DNA of 64,000 nucleotides from Bacteroidales bacterium. Its GTDB lineage: Bacteria > Bacteroidota > Bacteroidia > Bacteroidales > PUMT01. Below the pieces are notes generated by a model. It did no database searches and was not told the DNA's origin. It worked only from the letters and a program-made list of their open reading frames with translations. Numbering within the stretch: the stretch's first letter is position 1; every line of letters starts with the position of its first letter. The translations under genes and the position numbers were made by a program. Below, piece by piece: positions 47,506 through 58,001 of this stretch. Where the stretch lies: positions 5,849 to 69,848 of the forward strand of contig SLJO01000067.1 of the NCBI GenBank assembly GCA_007135095.1, read 5' to 3'.

Positions 47506-48807
47506 ATGAAAACCTTCAGATTCCTGCTTTTCCTGCTGGTGATCCCGGCCGCCATAGCAGGCGCACAAACTGCTTCATTAAAAAATTCAGCCCCCTTGTC
47601 GGAGGATACCCCCGAAAGCGCTGGTGTCTCTGCCGAACGTCTCGCCAGGATGGATGATGTTTTCCAGGAGGCCATCATAAATGGTGATGTGCCGGGAATT
47701 GTGGCACTTATGGCCCGCAACGGCAGGATCATTTACCATAAGGCTTTCGGGATGGCCGACAATCAAAGCGGCAGGGCTATGAGAAAGGATGATATATTCC
47801 GTATTGCTTCGCAAACAAAAGCCATAACTTCCACCGCGGTGATGATGCTTTGGGAGGAGGGCAGGTTCAGGCTTGACGACCCTGTTTCAAAATATATTCC
47901 TGAATTCAAAAATCCGCAGGTACTGGAGACTTTTGACTATAATGACACCAGCTATACAACCCTGCCGGCAAGAGGGGAGATAACCATCAGGCACCTGCTT
48001 ACCCATACATCAGGGATCGGATATGGCATCATTGACGGTGACGCTCGCTTCAGGATGATCTACCGGAAGGCGGGAATAACCGACCTGTTTACGGCAGAAG
48101 ATATAAGTATTCAGGAGAACGTGAAGAAACTCGCAAGCCTGCCCCTGCATCATCATCCCGGTGAGAATTACACTTATGGTGAGGGACTTGATGTCCTGGG
48201 TTATTTTATAGAAGTGGTATCGGGAATGCCCTTTGACCGGTTCCTGAGAGAAAGGCTTTTTGATCCGCTCGGAATGGATGATACCTGGTTTTACCTTCCC
48301 GGGGAAAAAGCCGCGCGGCTGGTCCCGGTACAGGAAAAATCAGGACAGGGTGAATGGGTTCGCTATGCATCTGAATTCTATGACCCTGACTATCCTGTTA
48401 AAGGGGCCGCAAGGTTCTTTTCCGGGGGCGCCGGGTTAAGCAGTACGGCAACAGACTATGCCTCCTTTCTTCAGATGTATCTTAACAAGGGTGAGCTTAA
48501 CGGAATACGTATACTCAGCCGTACCACGGTGGAATTCATAATGGCCAATCATATAGGCGACATCTGGGGCGAAGATCCCGACAGCAATATCGGGCTGGCA
48601 TTTGGTGTGGTGACGAAAAAAGGTCAGGACAAGGGGGGACAGGGCAGCCAGGGGACATTTAGCTGGGGAGGTTACTTTAACACCCAGTATTTCGCCGATC
48701 CCCGGGAGCAGATCATCGGTGTGCTGATGAAACAGACAAGGGGGCCGGTATCGGACAATACAGGCTGGCAGTTCCGGCTGCTGACAGGACAGGCTGTCGA
48801 CGACTAG
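47506..48807 (+). CDS. Serine hydrolase (class C beta-lactamase / PBP4*-like family), exported
   Basis: I moved the start to ATG 47506 (MKTFRFLLFLLVIPAAIAGA|Q). It carries the SxxK motif ASQTK. Confidence 0.8.
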   Translation: MKTFRFLLFLLVIPAAIAGAQTASLKNSAPLSEDTPESAGVSAERLARMDDVFQEAIINGDVPGIVALMARNGRIIYHKAFGMADNQSGRAMRKDDIFRIASQTKAITSTAVMMLWEEGRFRLDDPVSKYIPEFKNPQVLETFDYNDTSYTTLPARGEITIRHLLTHTSGIGYGIIDGDARFRMIYRKAGITDLFTAEDISIQENVKKLASLPLHHHPGENYTYGEGLDVLGYFIEVVSGMPFDRFLRERLFDPLGMDDTWFYLPGEKAARLVPVQEKSGQGEWVRYASEFYDPDYPVKGAARFFSGGAGLSSTATDYASFLQMYLNKGELNGIRILSRTTVEFIMANHIGDIWGEDPDSNIGLAFGVVTKKGQDKGGQGSQGTFSWGGYFNTQYFADPREQIIGVLMKQTRGPVSDNTGWQFRLLTGQAVDD

Positions 48808-48870
48808 AGGCAAAATTAATGTATATTTGTGTCCGGCACCAAAAATAACTACTGACAATAATACTGGAGA

Positions 48871-49875
48871 GTGACAAAAAAAGAGATACAAAAAATTTTT
48901 GACCGTTTCAACGGCATGAACATAATGGTAATAGGAGACGTAATGGTGGATTCCTATATGTGGGGAAGGGTGGACAGGATATCTCCCGAGGCCCCCATAC
49001 CCATTGTCTCGGTTACTAAAAGGGAAAACAGGCCCGGAGGGGCAGCCAATGTCGCACTCAACATACAGTCGCTGGGCGCTAATGCACTGCTGTGTTCGGT
49101 TATCGGCAATGATGCAAGGAAAGATATTTTCATGGACCTGATGCGCGACAGCGGCATGGTGAACGATGGCATCCTTGTCAGCGACGACAGGAAAACCACG
49201 GTTAAAACAAGGATTATAGGGAGCAACCAGCATTTGTTGCGCGTTGATGAGGAAGATAACGGAAGGATCAGCAAAAGCGCAGAAAAACAATTTACTGCCC
49301 TGATAAGATCTGTACTGGCTTCCGTCAGAACGGATGCCATTATATTCGAGGATTATGACAAGGGAGTCATTACCCCCGCAGTAATCAAAGAAGTGCTTTT
49401 TCTTGCCCGGGAAAAAGGAATCCCGGTTTCGGCCGACCCCAAGAAACGGAACTTTAACTTATACAGGAACATAGACCTTTTCAAACCCAACCTCAAGGAG
49501 TTGTCGGAAGGCCTTAAAACCGACATTCCCGGAAGGGATATCGAAAAAATTGGCGAAGCAGCACGCAGGCTGCAGGAAGAAGGAAACATCCGCTACCTGC
49601 TGATCACCCTTTCAGAAATGGGCATCTACCTGAGAAGCCGGGAGGGGGGAAAGCTGGTGTCCACCGAAGTACGCGATATTGCCGATGTCTCGGGCGCCGG
49701 CGATACGGTCATAAGTGTCGCCACGGCCTGCCTGGCTGCCGGTATGAGTCCGGAAGATATGGCTGTGATTGCCAACCTTGCCGGGGGACTCGTTTGCGGG
49801 AAGGTGGGTGTGGTTCCTGTGGATAAACAACTTTTGCTTGAGGAAGCTTTGAACCTGTTCAGCAGAAAGCAATGA
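48871..49875 (+). CDS. D-glycero-beta-D-manno-heptose-7-phosphate kinase (RfaE domain I / PfkB family)
   Basis: 334 aa with a GTG start. It has IMVIGDVMVDSYMWG, VDRISPEAPIPIV and the PfkB motif VSGAGDTVIS. There is no adenylyltransferase domain. Confidence 0.75.
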   Translation: MTKKEIQKIFDRFNGMNIMVIGDVMVDSYMWGRVDRISPEAPIPIVSVTKRENRPGGAANVALNIQSLGANALLCSVIGNDARKDIFMDLMRDSGMVNDGILVSDDRKTTVKTRIIGSNQHLLRVDEEDNGRISKSAEKQFTALIRSVLASVRTDAIIFEDYDKGVITPAVIKEVLFLAREKGIPVSADPKKRNFNLYRNIDLFKPNLKELSEGLKTDIPGRDIEKIGEAARRLQEEGNIRYLLITLSEMGIYLRSREGGKLVSTEVRDIADVSGAGDTVISVATACLAAGMSPEDMAVIANLAGGLVCGKVGVVPVDKQLLLEEALNLFSRKQ

Positions 49876-49949
49876 AACTGCCACTCCGATCAGATGCCTG
49901 TTTGCCGCACCCCCTGTTTGTGGCCATGGCTGCACCATGGGTAAAAATA

Positions 49950-49976
49950 ATTCCGGACACATTCAGCATCCGGAAT
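49950..49976. terminator. Bidirectional hairpin terminator between the convergent rfaE-like and hsp20 genes
   Basis: ATTCCGGA (49950-49957) pairs with TCCGGAAT (49969-49976). It is flanked by T-runs in both orientations. Confidence 0.55.
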
Positions 49977-50004
49977 CTCAGGTTTTTACTTTGTTGCTTT
50001 CTGA

Positions 50005-50439
50005 CTAATTAATTGCAATTTTCCTTGGTGGTTTCTCTTTAGCCTCTTCTCTTTTTGGGATGTGTATGTTCAGCACACCGTTTTTGTGTCTGGCGGTTAT
50101 TTTATCCGGTTCCACAGTGTTGGGCAAACTGAATGAGCGGCTGAACGAGCGATAGGAAAACTCCCTTCTCATGAGCTTTTCATCCTTGTTCTCGTTAGTT
50201 TCTTCTTTTTCTGAAGAAATAAACAGCACGTTGTTTTTAACATCGATCGAGAAATCATTCTTGTCCAGCCCCGGGGCGGCAACTTCGATCCTGAAGTCAT
50301 CCTTGCTTTCAATTATGTTTACCGCCGGTATGCTTATCCCGGTCTGGTAGCCATCAAAGAAATCAGCAAGCATGTCCTTGCCGAAAAAATCATCGACAAT
50401 GCTCGGTAAAGAACTCCTTCTGTTGAATACTGGTAACAT
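50005..50439 (-). CDS. Hsp20/alpha-crystallin family small heat-shock protein
   Basis: 144 aa with an alpha-crystallin domain (PAVNIIESKDDFRIEVAAPGLDKNDF...NGVLNIHIPK). Confidence 0.9.
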   Translation of the reverse strand: MLPVFNRRSSLPSIVDDFFGKDMLADFFDGYQTGISIPAVNIIESKDDFRIEVAAPGLDKNDFSIDVKNNVLFISSEKEETNENKDEKLMRREFSYRSFSRSFSLPNTVEPDKITARHKNGVLNIHIPKREEAKEKPPRKIAIN

Positions 50440-50447
50440 AGCCTGGT

Positions 50448-50452
50448 CCTCC
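50448..50452 (-). promoter_or_regulatory. Strong Shine-Dalgarno (AAAGGAGGA) in front of hsp20
   Basis: The minus strand reads AAAATAAAGGAGGACCAGGCTATG. The GGAGG core lies 8 nt from the ATG. I saw no comparable SD upstream of parA, ftsH, lon, rpoD, fprA, the GNAT gene or the Cys-rich gene. Confidence 0.6.
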
Positions 50453-50722
50453 TTTATTTTAACGGTTAGACATATAAACTTTTATTTTTACTTTCTTTTA
50501 TTGTTTTCAGCCATAGCAGGTCAATCTGCGTGCCAAAACAAAATAGCCATAGATCCCTGTCATTATGGCTGTTACGGAGGAATCAATGCTGTCATATTTA
50601 CAGCTGCAGGTCGTCAGCGGAAGTCACAACCAGCAACATAACCAGGTGTATTTAAATGTATTGCAATTAGCGGGGCGCAGGAAACCTGCATTCGGAAAAA
50701 ATGACCGGATTACGGTATGGTG

Positions 50723-51235
50723 TTATACCCCCCGGAAGGATGTGATCTGTTCAAGGAGTTCATCCGTATCGGGGCTGTCGGCCTGGTATATGATATGGCA
50801 CTGGCGGTACCAGCCTTCCCGGCCGGAAAGAAGTTTTCTGATATGATCCTTTAATTTATCGCCGTGGATCCCGGCAACCAGGGGCCTGGATGCCTGGCCT
50901 GCTGAAAGCCTTCGGGCAAGCACGCCGGAGGAGACTTTTAAATAGATCGTCAGGCCGGCCGCTTTCATTTTCTGCATATTGTCAAAAAAGCATGGTGTTC
51001 CGCCCCCGCAGGCGACCACAAGCCTCTCGCGCCCGAGCAGTCCTGCCAGTACCTCTGCCTCGGCCTTTCTGAAATAGCCTTCTCCTTTCAGGGCAAATAT
51101 TTCCGTTACTGCCATTTTTTCCTGTTTTTCAATCAGAACATCCAGATCGGCAAAGCTGTACCCCAGTTTCTTTGCCAGCAACTTTCCGGCAGTAGTCTTT
51201 CCGCTTGCCATAAACCCGATCAGAAAAATCAGCAC
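50723..51235 (-). CDS. aroK: Shikimate kinase
   Basis: 170 aa with a GTG start and the P-loop GFMASGKTTAGK. Confidence 0.9.
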   Translation of the reverse strand: MLIFLIGFMASGKTTAGKLLAKKLGYSFADLDVLIEKQEKMAVTEIFALKGEGYFRKAEAEVLAGLLGRERLVVACGGGTPCFFDNMQKMKAAGLTIYLKVSSGVLARRLSAGQASRPLVAGIHGDKLKDHIRKLLSGREGWYRQCHIIYQADSPDTDELLEQITSFRGV

Positions 51236-51330
51236 AATTATCCGGTTTTATTTTAGTTACCTGAAAATTTTAACAGTGCGGCACCCCGTTTCAGGTCCCG
51301 CGGCCACCCTAAAAACATACCTGATTTTCA

Positions 51331-53943
51331 TCACAGCCTGAGTTTCATCTGACCCCTGTCCTGCTCGTCAAGCTCAAAAGGCTCAGTGCCGGGGTCGCTG
51401 GCGTCCTCTTCCATGGCCCTGACCAGCGGTTCAAGCTCCGAAACTATCGATACTTCATACCTGGAAAGCCTTTTGCCCCTGGCCTTATATCCCTTGACAC
51501 CAATAAAATCAGCAACCTCAATAATCTCACTGCTTCGGTCCTTGTTCCTGCCTCCGAATTTCACCTCAAGCCGGGGGTAATCAACCTCGGTAAGCCGGAC
51601 AAGCCGTGAATCCTCATGATCGCCTATAAAGCTGGTGAGATTTTCCACGTTGTCAAAACTGAAGCGTTTCACATAATGATAATCCTTCTCGCCGTCGTAG
51701 TATACAGCCGAAAAGACTTTGTCGTAGCGGTACTTCTCTATTAAAAGAATATTATCTTCGAAGTGATTGGAAATATCAAAGCAGGAAAGCCTGAACCTGC
51801 CCGTGGAAGTGACCACCAGTATACGGTCGTCGGTGTTGAATTCACCCAGATACCGGCCCCTGCCGTCACTGTTGAGCCGGTTTATGTCCTCATCGAACCA
51901 TATCCTTGCTCCGCCAAGGGTGGATGCCCCCTTCTCCTTGAGAACGATCTTGTGTACGGTGTGCCTGGTGAGTATATTGCCCATGGAATTTTTTCCCTTG
52001 ATGGCAACATCACCGAAATCGTGTTCAAAAACCAGGTTCTTCAGCCTGGGCTTGGGCTTCAGGTAGATCCTGACAACCTCGGCCTCGCCGTTACTGTTGG
52101 CGCTGAAATACAGGATCCTCGAATTTTTTGTCCCCCTGGTGAAATTATACTCCCTGTCCCTTGTAATTGCGTTTACACAGGAGCGTTTCATCAGCGTTTT
52201 ACCACTCACCCCGTCCCGGTAAATAATATTGTAAACTGTTCGTTTGTCGTTCTTGTTGAACACGGCAATATGGATGATGTTCTTGCCCACAAAAAGCTTC
52301 TCGGCCACCCTGCTGACGATGTATGTGCCATCCTGCCTGATAACTATTATATCATCCAGATCGGAGCAGTCACACACATACTCATCTTTTTTCAGTCCGG
52401 TTCCGGCAAAGCCTTCCGCCCGGTTAACATAAAGCTTTTCATTGGCCACAGCCACCTTTGTTGCCTCGATGGTATCGAAGCTGCGGATCTCGGTCTTTCG
52501 CTCCCTGCCCCGCCCGTATTTCTTTTTAATCTGCTTGAAATAATTGATGGCAAAAGCGATCAGGTTGCCGAGATGATTCCTGACCTCTTCCATCTCCTGT
52601 TCAACGGATTTTATATGTTCATCGGCCTTGCGGGTATCGTATTTTGAGATCCTTTTTATCTTCAGCTCAGTAAGCTTTACAATGTCATCCCTTGTGACTT
52701 CCCTTGCCAGCAAAGGCTTAAAAGGGGCGAGCTCCCGGTCAATTGTTTCTATTACCGATTCCCATGTTTCACAATTCTCAATGCTAAGGTATATCCGGTT
52801 TTCAATAAAAATTTTCTCCAGCGACGACATATGCCAGTCCTCGCTCAGCTCCGAGAGCCTGATTTCAAGTTCCTGCTTCAGCAGGGCCTGGGTATGGTTG
52901 GTACTGATCCTGAGCATTTCGGCAACTCCCAGAAACCTGGGCTTGTCATCCTCTATAACACAGGAATTGGGTGATATGGAAACTTCACAGTCAGTGAAGG
53001 CATACAGGGCATCAATGGTCTTGTCGGGTGATATGCCCGGACTAAGATGCACGAGTATCTCCACCTTGCCGGCGGTATTATCGTCTATCTTCTTTATTTT
53101 GATCTTCCCTTTTTCATTGGCTTTCAGGATTGAATCGATTACCGTGCCGGTAGTTTTGCCAAAGGGAACGTCATTTATAACCAGGGTCTTTTTATCCAGC
53201 TTTGCAATCCTTGCCCTGACCCTGACGACCCCGCCCCTTAGTCCGTCGTTGTACCTGGAAAAATCTGCCATGCCGCCTCCCGGGAAATCAGGTAACAGCT
53301 CGAAATCCCTGTTCTGCAGGTATGCAATCGATGCATCCAGCAGCTCATTGAAATTATGAGGCAATATTTTGGAAGCCAGGCCTACAGCTATACCCTCCAC
53401 CCCTTGAGCAAGAAGCAGGGGAAATTTAACCGGAAGCGTAAGCGGCTCCTTGTTCCGGCCGTCGTAGGATAATATCCATTTTGTTGTTTTCGGATTGAAA
53501 ATCACCTCCAGGGCAAATGGAGAAAGCCTTGCTTCTATATATCTTGATGCGGCAGCCCCGTCGCCGGTCAGCACATTCCCCCAGTTGCCCTGTGCATCTA
53601 CCAGCAGGTCTTTTTGCCCGAGCTGGACCAGTGCGTCACCGATGGAAGCGTCGCCGTGGGGGTGATACTGCATGGTATAACCAATGATATTGGCAACCTT
53701 GTTGTAACGTCCGTCATCCAGCCGCTTCATTGCATGGAGAATACGCCGGTGTACAGGCTTTAATCCGTCATGCAGGTGCGGTACGGCACGTTCAAGTATA
53801 ACATAGGAAGCATAATCCAGAAACCAGTTCCTGTACATGCCTGAGAGCTGGATGATTTTGGGAAAATCATTCTCCCTGATTTTTCCTTCACCATTTCCTG
53901 GCATATCGCCGTTCTGTCCGTTTAATTTTTCCTGTTCTTCCAT
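51331..53943 (-). CDS. parC: Type IIA topoisomerase subunit A, most likely topoisomerase IV ParC
   Basis: 870 aa with YHPHGDASI and the active-site region AASRYIEARL. It is adjacent to a B-subunit gene. The ParC assignment rather than GyrA rests on the size and the parE-parC arrangement typical of Bacteroidota, and is not certain. Confidence 0.75.
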   Translation of the reverse strand: MEEQEKLNGQNGDMPGNGEGKIRENDFPKIIQLSGMYRNWFLDYASYVILERAVPHLHDGLKPVHRRILHAMKRLDDGRYNKVANIIGYTMQYHPHGDASIGDALVQLGQKDLLVDAQGNWGNVLTGDGAAASRYIEARLSPFALEVIFNPKTTKWILSYDGRNKEPLTLPVKFPLLLAQGVEGIAVGLASKILPHNFNELLDASIAYLQNRDFELLPDFPGGGMADFSRYNDGLRGGVVRVRARIAKLDKKTLVINDVPFGKTTGTVIDSILKANEKGKIKIKKIDDNTAGKVEILVHLSPGISPDKTIDALYAFTDCEVSISPNSCVIEDDKPRFLGVAEMLRISTNHTQALLKQELEIRLSELSEDWHMSSLEKIFIENRIYLSIENCETWESVIETIDRELAPFKPLLAREVTRDDIVKLTELKIKRISKYDTRKADEHIKSVEQEMEEVRNHLGNLIAFAINYFKQIKKKYGRGRERKTEIRSFDTIEATKVAVANEKLYVNRAEGFAGTGLKKDEYVCDCSDLDDIIVIRQDGTYIVSRVAEKLFVGKNIIHIAVFNKNDKRTVYNIIYRDGVSGKTLMKRSCVNAITRDREYNFTRGTKNSRILYFSANSNGEAEVVRIYLKPKPRLKNLVFEHDFGDVAIKGKNSMGNILTRHTVHKIVLKEKGASTLGGARIWFDEDINRLNSDGRGRYLGEFNTDDRILVVTSTGRFRLSCFDISNHFEDNILLIEKYRYDKVFSAVYYDGEKDYHYVKRFSFDNVENLTSFIGDHEDSRLVRLTEVDYPRLEVKFGGRNKDRSSEIIEVADFIGVKGYKARGKRLSRYEVSIVSELEPLVRAMEEDASDPGTEPFELDEQDRGQMKLRL

Positions 53944-53959
53944 TTACCCCTGCCTGTGT

Positions 53960-55807
53960 TTACATTGAGCCAATCTCAACCACATCTTCATCGACTCTTA
54001 AATTCTCAATAATAAATTCCTGTCTCTCAGGACTGTTCTTCCCCATATAAAATGCGAGCATTTCACCGATCATATCCTCCTTTTTAAGCTGGACAGGCTC
54101 CAGGCGCATATCCTTTCCTATAAAATGCCTGAACTCATCGGGAGATATTTCACCCAGCCCCTTGAACCTGGTTATCTCGGGATTATTGCCCACTTTTTTC
54201 TTTGCCGTTTCCTTCTCAGCTTCCGAATAACAGTAAAATGTCTTTGTCTTGTTGCGAACCCGGAAAAGAGGAGTTTGCAGAATGTAAAGGTGACCATTTT
54301 TTATAAGATCGGGAAAGAACTGCAAAAAGAAGGTTATCAGCAACAACCTGATATGCATGCCGTCGACATCTGCATCGGTGGCAATAACCACATTATTGTA
54401 CCTTAACTCTTCGATACCGTCTTCAATGTTCAGGGCCGACTGAAGAAGGTTGAACTCCTCGTTTTCATATACGATCTTTTTAGTAAGACCGTATGTGTTC
54501 AGCGGTTTCCCCTTGAGACTGAATACAGCCTGTGTGTTGACATCGCGCGATTTGGTAATCGATCCGCTGGCCGAATCTCCCTCGGTTATAAAAATGGTGG
54601 TCTCAAGCCGGCGGTCATCATTTGTGTTCCAGTGCGAACGGCAATCCCTGAGCTTTTTATTATGGAGATTGGCTTTTTTGGCCCTTTCCCTGGCAATCTT
54701 TTTGATACCCGAAATGGCCTTCCTCTCCTTTTCCGATTCAATTATCTTATTTAAAAGTATTTCTGCTGTTTCCGGGTGCTTGTGCAGGTAATTGTCAAGG
54801 TTGGTGCGCAAAAACTCCATTATAAAATTCCGCACTGAAGGGCCCTGCGGTCCGATATCCCTGGAACCCAGCTTGGTTTTGGTCTGCGATTCAAAGACCG
54901 GCTCCTCTATTTTTACACTTATCGCGGAGGTCACTGAAGCCCTGATGTCCGAAGCCTCGAAATCCTTCTTGTAGAAATCACGGATCACCTTCACCAGTGC
55001 TTCCTTAAAGGCTACCAGGTGAGTGCCGCCCTGGCTGGTGTTCTGTCCGTTTACAAAGCTGTAGTATTCTTCACCGTATTGATTCCCGTGGGTAATTGCC
55101 ACTTCAATATCGGGTCCTTTAAGATGGATGATGGGATATAATCCCGGAGAGCTCATATTCTCCTCAAGCAGGTCAAGCAGGCCGTTTTTGGAATAAAACC
55201 GCTGGCCGTTGTAAAGAATTGTCAGGCCGGTATTCAGGTAAACATTATTCCTGAAGATGCGCTCAAGGTATTCCGGAATGAACCGGAACTTTCCAAAGAT
55301 CTCGTTGTCGGGGGTAAAAACAACCCTGGTGCCGTTTTTCTCATCCGAAGCTGAAAGCTCCTGATCGCTTAGCAGTTCACCACGGGCAAACTCCGCCAGC
55401 CTGCATTTGGAATCGCGGAACGATTCTATCACAAAGGCTGAAGAAAGGGCGTTGACTGCCTTAATACCGACCCCGTTGAGCCCGACGGACTTCTTGAAGA
55501 CCCTCGAATCATATTTGGCTCCGGTATTCATTTTTGAGGCAACATCAACCAGCTTGCCCAGCGGGACTCCCCTTCCATAATCCCTTATGGTGACCATCTT
55601 TTCATTTATCTCCACCTCTATGGTCTTCCCGAAACCCATCATATACTCGTCGACCGAATTGTCGAGCACCTCCTTGATAAGGAGGTATATCCCGTCATCA
55701 AGCGACGAGCCGTCGCCCAGCTTGCCTATATACATACCGGGCCTTTTCCTGATATGCTCTTTCCAGTCGAGGGTACGTATGGTATCTTCCGAATATACTG
55801 CGGTCAT
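53960..55807 (-). CDS. parE: Type IIA topoisomerase subunit B, most likely topoisomerase IV ParE
   Basis: 615 aa with the GHKL ATPase N-box EVLDNSVDE, the Toprim motif ITEGDSASG and LKGKPLN. It is followed by the A-subunit gene. Confidence 0.75.
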   Translation of the reverse strand: MTAVYSEDTIRTLDWKEHIRKRPGMYIGKLGDGSSLDDGIYLLIKEVLDNSVDEYMMGFGKTIEVEINEKMVTIRDYGRGVPLGKLVDVASKMNTGAKYDSRVFKKSVGLNGVGIKAVNALSSAFVIESFRDSKCRLAEFARGELLSDQELSASDEKNGTRVVFTPDNEIFGKFRFIPEYLERIFRNNVYLNTGLTILYNGQRFYSKNGLLDLLEENMSSPGLYPIIHLKGPDIEVAITHGNQYGEEYYSFVNGQNTSQGGTHLVAFKEALVKVIRDFYKKDFEASDIRASVTSAISVKIEEPVFESQTKTKLGSRDIGPQGPSVRNFIMEFLRTNLDNYLHKHPETAEILLNKIIESEKERKAISGIKKIARERAKKANLHNKKLRDCRSHWNTNDDRRLETTIFITEGDSASGSITKSRDVNTQAVFSLKGKPLNTYGLTKKIVYENEEFNLLQSALNIEDGIEELRYNNVVIATDADVDGMHIRLLLITFFLQFFPDLIKNGHLYILQTPLFRVRNKTKTFYCYSEAEKETAKKKVGNNPEITRFKGLGEISPDEFRHFIGKDMRLEPVQLKKEDMIGEMLAFYMGKNSPERQEFIIENLRVDEDVVEIGSM

Positions 55808-56043
55808 TATTCCTTAAATTTCTGCAAATATAATTAAAAGCAGCCCGGTGAAAGAATTTGTTTATTAACAAGGAATCAACAGGCGACAGTCCGCTATAAC
55901 GAATTTCGTTGCCTTTCAGTATGCTGGGTTGTTAATTATTTGCCCCGGGCAGGTAAATTTAATCCGAAAAGGTGGTGCCCCCGGGTTCGGAAAGCCAAAG
56001 GCACAGGTATGTCATGGGAGTCAGTTTTAACCGGGGGTCAGCC

Positions 56044-57870
56044 TCAGGTTTTAAGCTTGTCCAGGTGTTCCTGGGTGAGCAGCCCCATTTGCCTCATAAG
56101 CAGAAGTGCATTCATTTTACGGGTTACGCCTTCTCTTAGTATGTAATCAAAATAAATCCTGTCGTTTTCAATCTCAATCTCAAAGCATTTGTTCTTTAGC
56201 AGACCGGGGTACTTCGCCTCGAGGGAGGTCAGCGAAAGGTCGTGGGTGGCAATAATACCAGTGGCACTCATGCTTATCATCAGTTCCATAATGGCAGCCG
56301 AGCCTTTTTGCTTGTCGGCTGAGTTTGTGCCTTTAAGTATCTCGTCGAGTATCACAAATACCTGTTTCCCTTCTGCAATCCTTTCGATAAGTTGCTTTAG
56401 CCTTTTCAGCTCGGCATAAAAATATGATTCGTGTTTGCGTAATGAATCATTTGTCCTCATGCTGGTATAAACCTCCATTATGCGGAACCGGAATTCTGAG
56501 GCACAAACCGGCGCGCCGGCCATGGCAAGGACAAATGCCACTCCCGCCGTGCGCAGGAAGGTACTTTTCCCTGCCATATTGGCCCCGGTAATTATTACAA
56601 ACCGGCCCTTATCGTCGATTGAAAAGTCATTGCATACCCTTTCACCGGCGGCGATAAGCGGATGCCCAAGGTTCCTGGCATCTAAAACAGGACCCTCATC
56701 CACGGAAACAGGAAATACAAATCCCTGGTTATTGAATGTAAAAACAGAAAAGCTGATACAGGCATCCATACGTGCTATACTGTCAAACCACACCGGCAAC
56801 TGTTTGCGGTGGCGCCTGTTCCAGCGCTCAAGCAAAAGAACACAGTTCAGATCCCATAATAAAAGGCCGTTAAGCAACAGGGCCGCCACTATGTTAAGCC
56901 TGTTGTCAAGTGCACCGGAAATTCCGGCAAGGGTATTAATGTGCTGGGAGGGCTGCAGTCCCCCGGTCACCAGGTATCGCTGAATTGACTTGAGCAGGGG
57001 AGCCTCAAAACCGGCAGTCTGAATAATTTTAAGCAGTCTGCCGTATTTCTTCAGTGTATCCAGCCTGCTGGTGACCTTTGAATGGATCTCGTTTATATGC
57101 CTTAGCAGGGCCCCGGTAATTCCAAGCTGAACGAGCACCAGCATGACAAGGGCAAAAAAAGGCAAAATGCCTGCTACTACAAATACCAGCACCGTGAGTG
57201 TCAGCAAGGGCAACACCCCCGACATGAATACAAGCAGGGAATTTCTGCTGAACCGCGGCGGTGAGCTGACGTATTCAAGCAGGCTTATAATGTCGGCCTG
57301 CCGGTCCACAAACATCCTGCCCGTTGCTATATACTCCTGGCATAAATCCGCCCTGGCAGCCAGCTCCCTGAATGCCTTCTGTTTTTTTGATATGGTATCA
57401 GTTTCAGTATCGGGCGAAAGCAACATCCCGGCGAGCTTCCCCTTTCCGATACTTGTGCAGCAGCGGCCGATAAACTGGAAAAGCGAGCCGGGCCCGAAGA
57501 TATCGAGGTCGACGCAATACTGGTGGTCAGGATCAATAAATTCACTGCCGTCATCAAAACCGCTGAAATTGCCCCGCAGGGCTTCTATTTCCTGCCTGTT
57601 AATGTCAAGCAGCAGGGAGGTCATACGGTTCCTGTTGTCAAGCCCGGCCGATTTTTTCACCATAAATAAAAAAGCAACCAGCAACAGGAAAAAAACAACG
57701 GCTGCAAGCAACCCGCTCTGGCCAAGGAATGCAAGAGGAACAAACACCATCAGGCCAAACAGAACCAGCCTGGAAAAAACGAAGATCCGCTGGGTCCGTT
57801 TTATGTCTTTCAGCTGATCGGAATATTCCGCATATTTTTCCTGGTAAAAGGACAGGGCAGTATCTGACAT
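56044..57870 (-). CDS. MutS-family ATPase paralogue with membrane-spanning N-terminal half
   Basis: 608 aa. The C-terminal MutS domain V has Walker A GANMAGKST and Walker B DEILKGTN. Two strongly hydrophobic regions lie in the N-terminal half, at about residues 25-72 and 213-257. There is no mismatch-binding domain I and no Smr domain. Confidence 0.7.
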   Translation of the reverse strand: MSDTALSFYQEKYAEYSDQLKDIKRTQRIFVFSRLVLFGLMVFVPLAFLGQSGLLAAVVFFLLLVAFLFMVKKSAGLDNRNRMTSLLLDINRQEIEALRGNFSGFDDGSEFIDPDHQYCVDLDIFGPGSLFQFIGRCCTSIGKGKLAGMLLSPDTETDTISKKQKAFRELAARADLCQEYIATGRMFVDRQADIISLLEYVSSPPRFSRNSLLVFMSGVLPLLTLTVLVFVVAGILPFFALVMLVLVQLGITGALLRHINEIHSKVTSRLDTLKKYGRLLKIIQTAGFEAPLLKSIQRYLVTGGLQPSQHINTLAGISGALDNRLNIVAALLLNGLLLWDLNCVLLLERWNRRHRKQLPVWFDSIARMDACISFSVFTFNNQGFVFPVSVDEGPVLDARNLGHPLIAAGERVCNDFSIDDKGRFVIITGANMAGKSTFLRTAGVAFVLAMAGAPVCASEFRFRIMEVYTSMRTNDSLRKHESYFYAELKRLKQLIERIAEGKQVFVILDEILKGTNSADKQKGSAAIMELMISMSATGIIATHDLSLTSLEAKYPGLLKNKCFEIEIENDRIYFDYILREGVTRKMNALLLMRQMGLLTQEHLDKLKT

Positions 57871-58001
57871 AATATGAATTGCCTGGATATTAAATGATCA
57901 AAAAGCGAAATTAGATAAAATAAATTCCAATCTGAAGCATCCATTCCAATTAATTATATACAGGAAAGCCGGCTGGTATTACTGAACGGACCTGTGCAGT
58001 T

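Noticed and set aside
50440-50560. An RNA thermometer (ROSE or fourU type) in the hsp20 leader.
   Set aside because: I looked for a CCUCC or UUUU segment able to pair with the AGGAGG and for the ROSE G-bulge hairpin. I found none by eye. Only the presence of the SD itself is reported.
51331-55807. An alternative reading of the type IIA topoisomerase pair as gyrB-gyrA rather than parE-parC.
   Set aside because: This is not fully rejected. I favour topoisomerase IV because the two genes are adjacent, whereas gyrA and gyrB are usually unlinked in Bacteroidota. The 615-aa B subunit and 870-aa A subunit also fit ParE/ParC-type proteins of the phylum. A phylogeny is needed to settle it.
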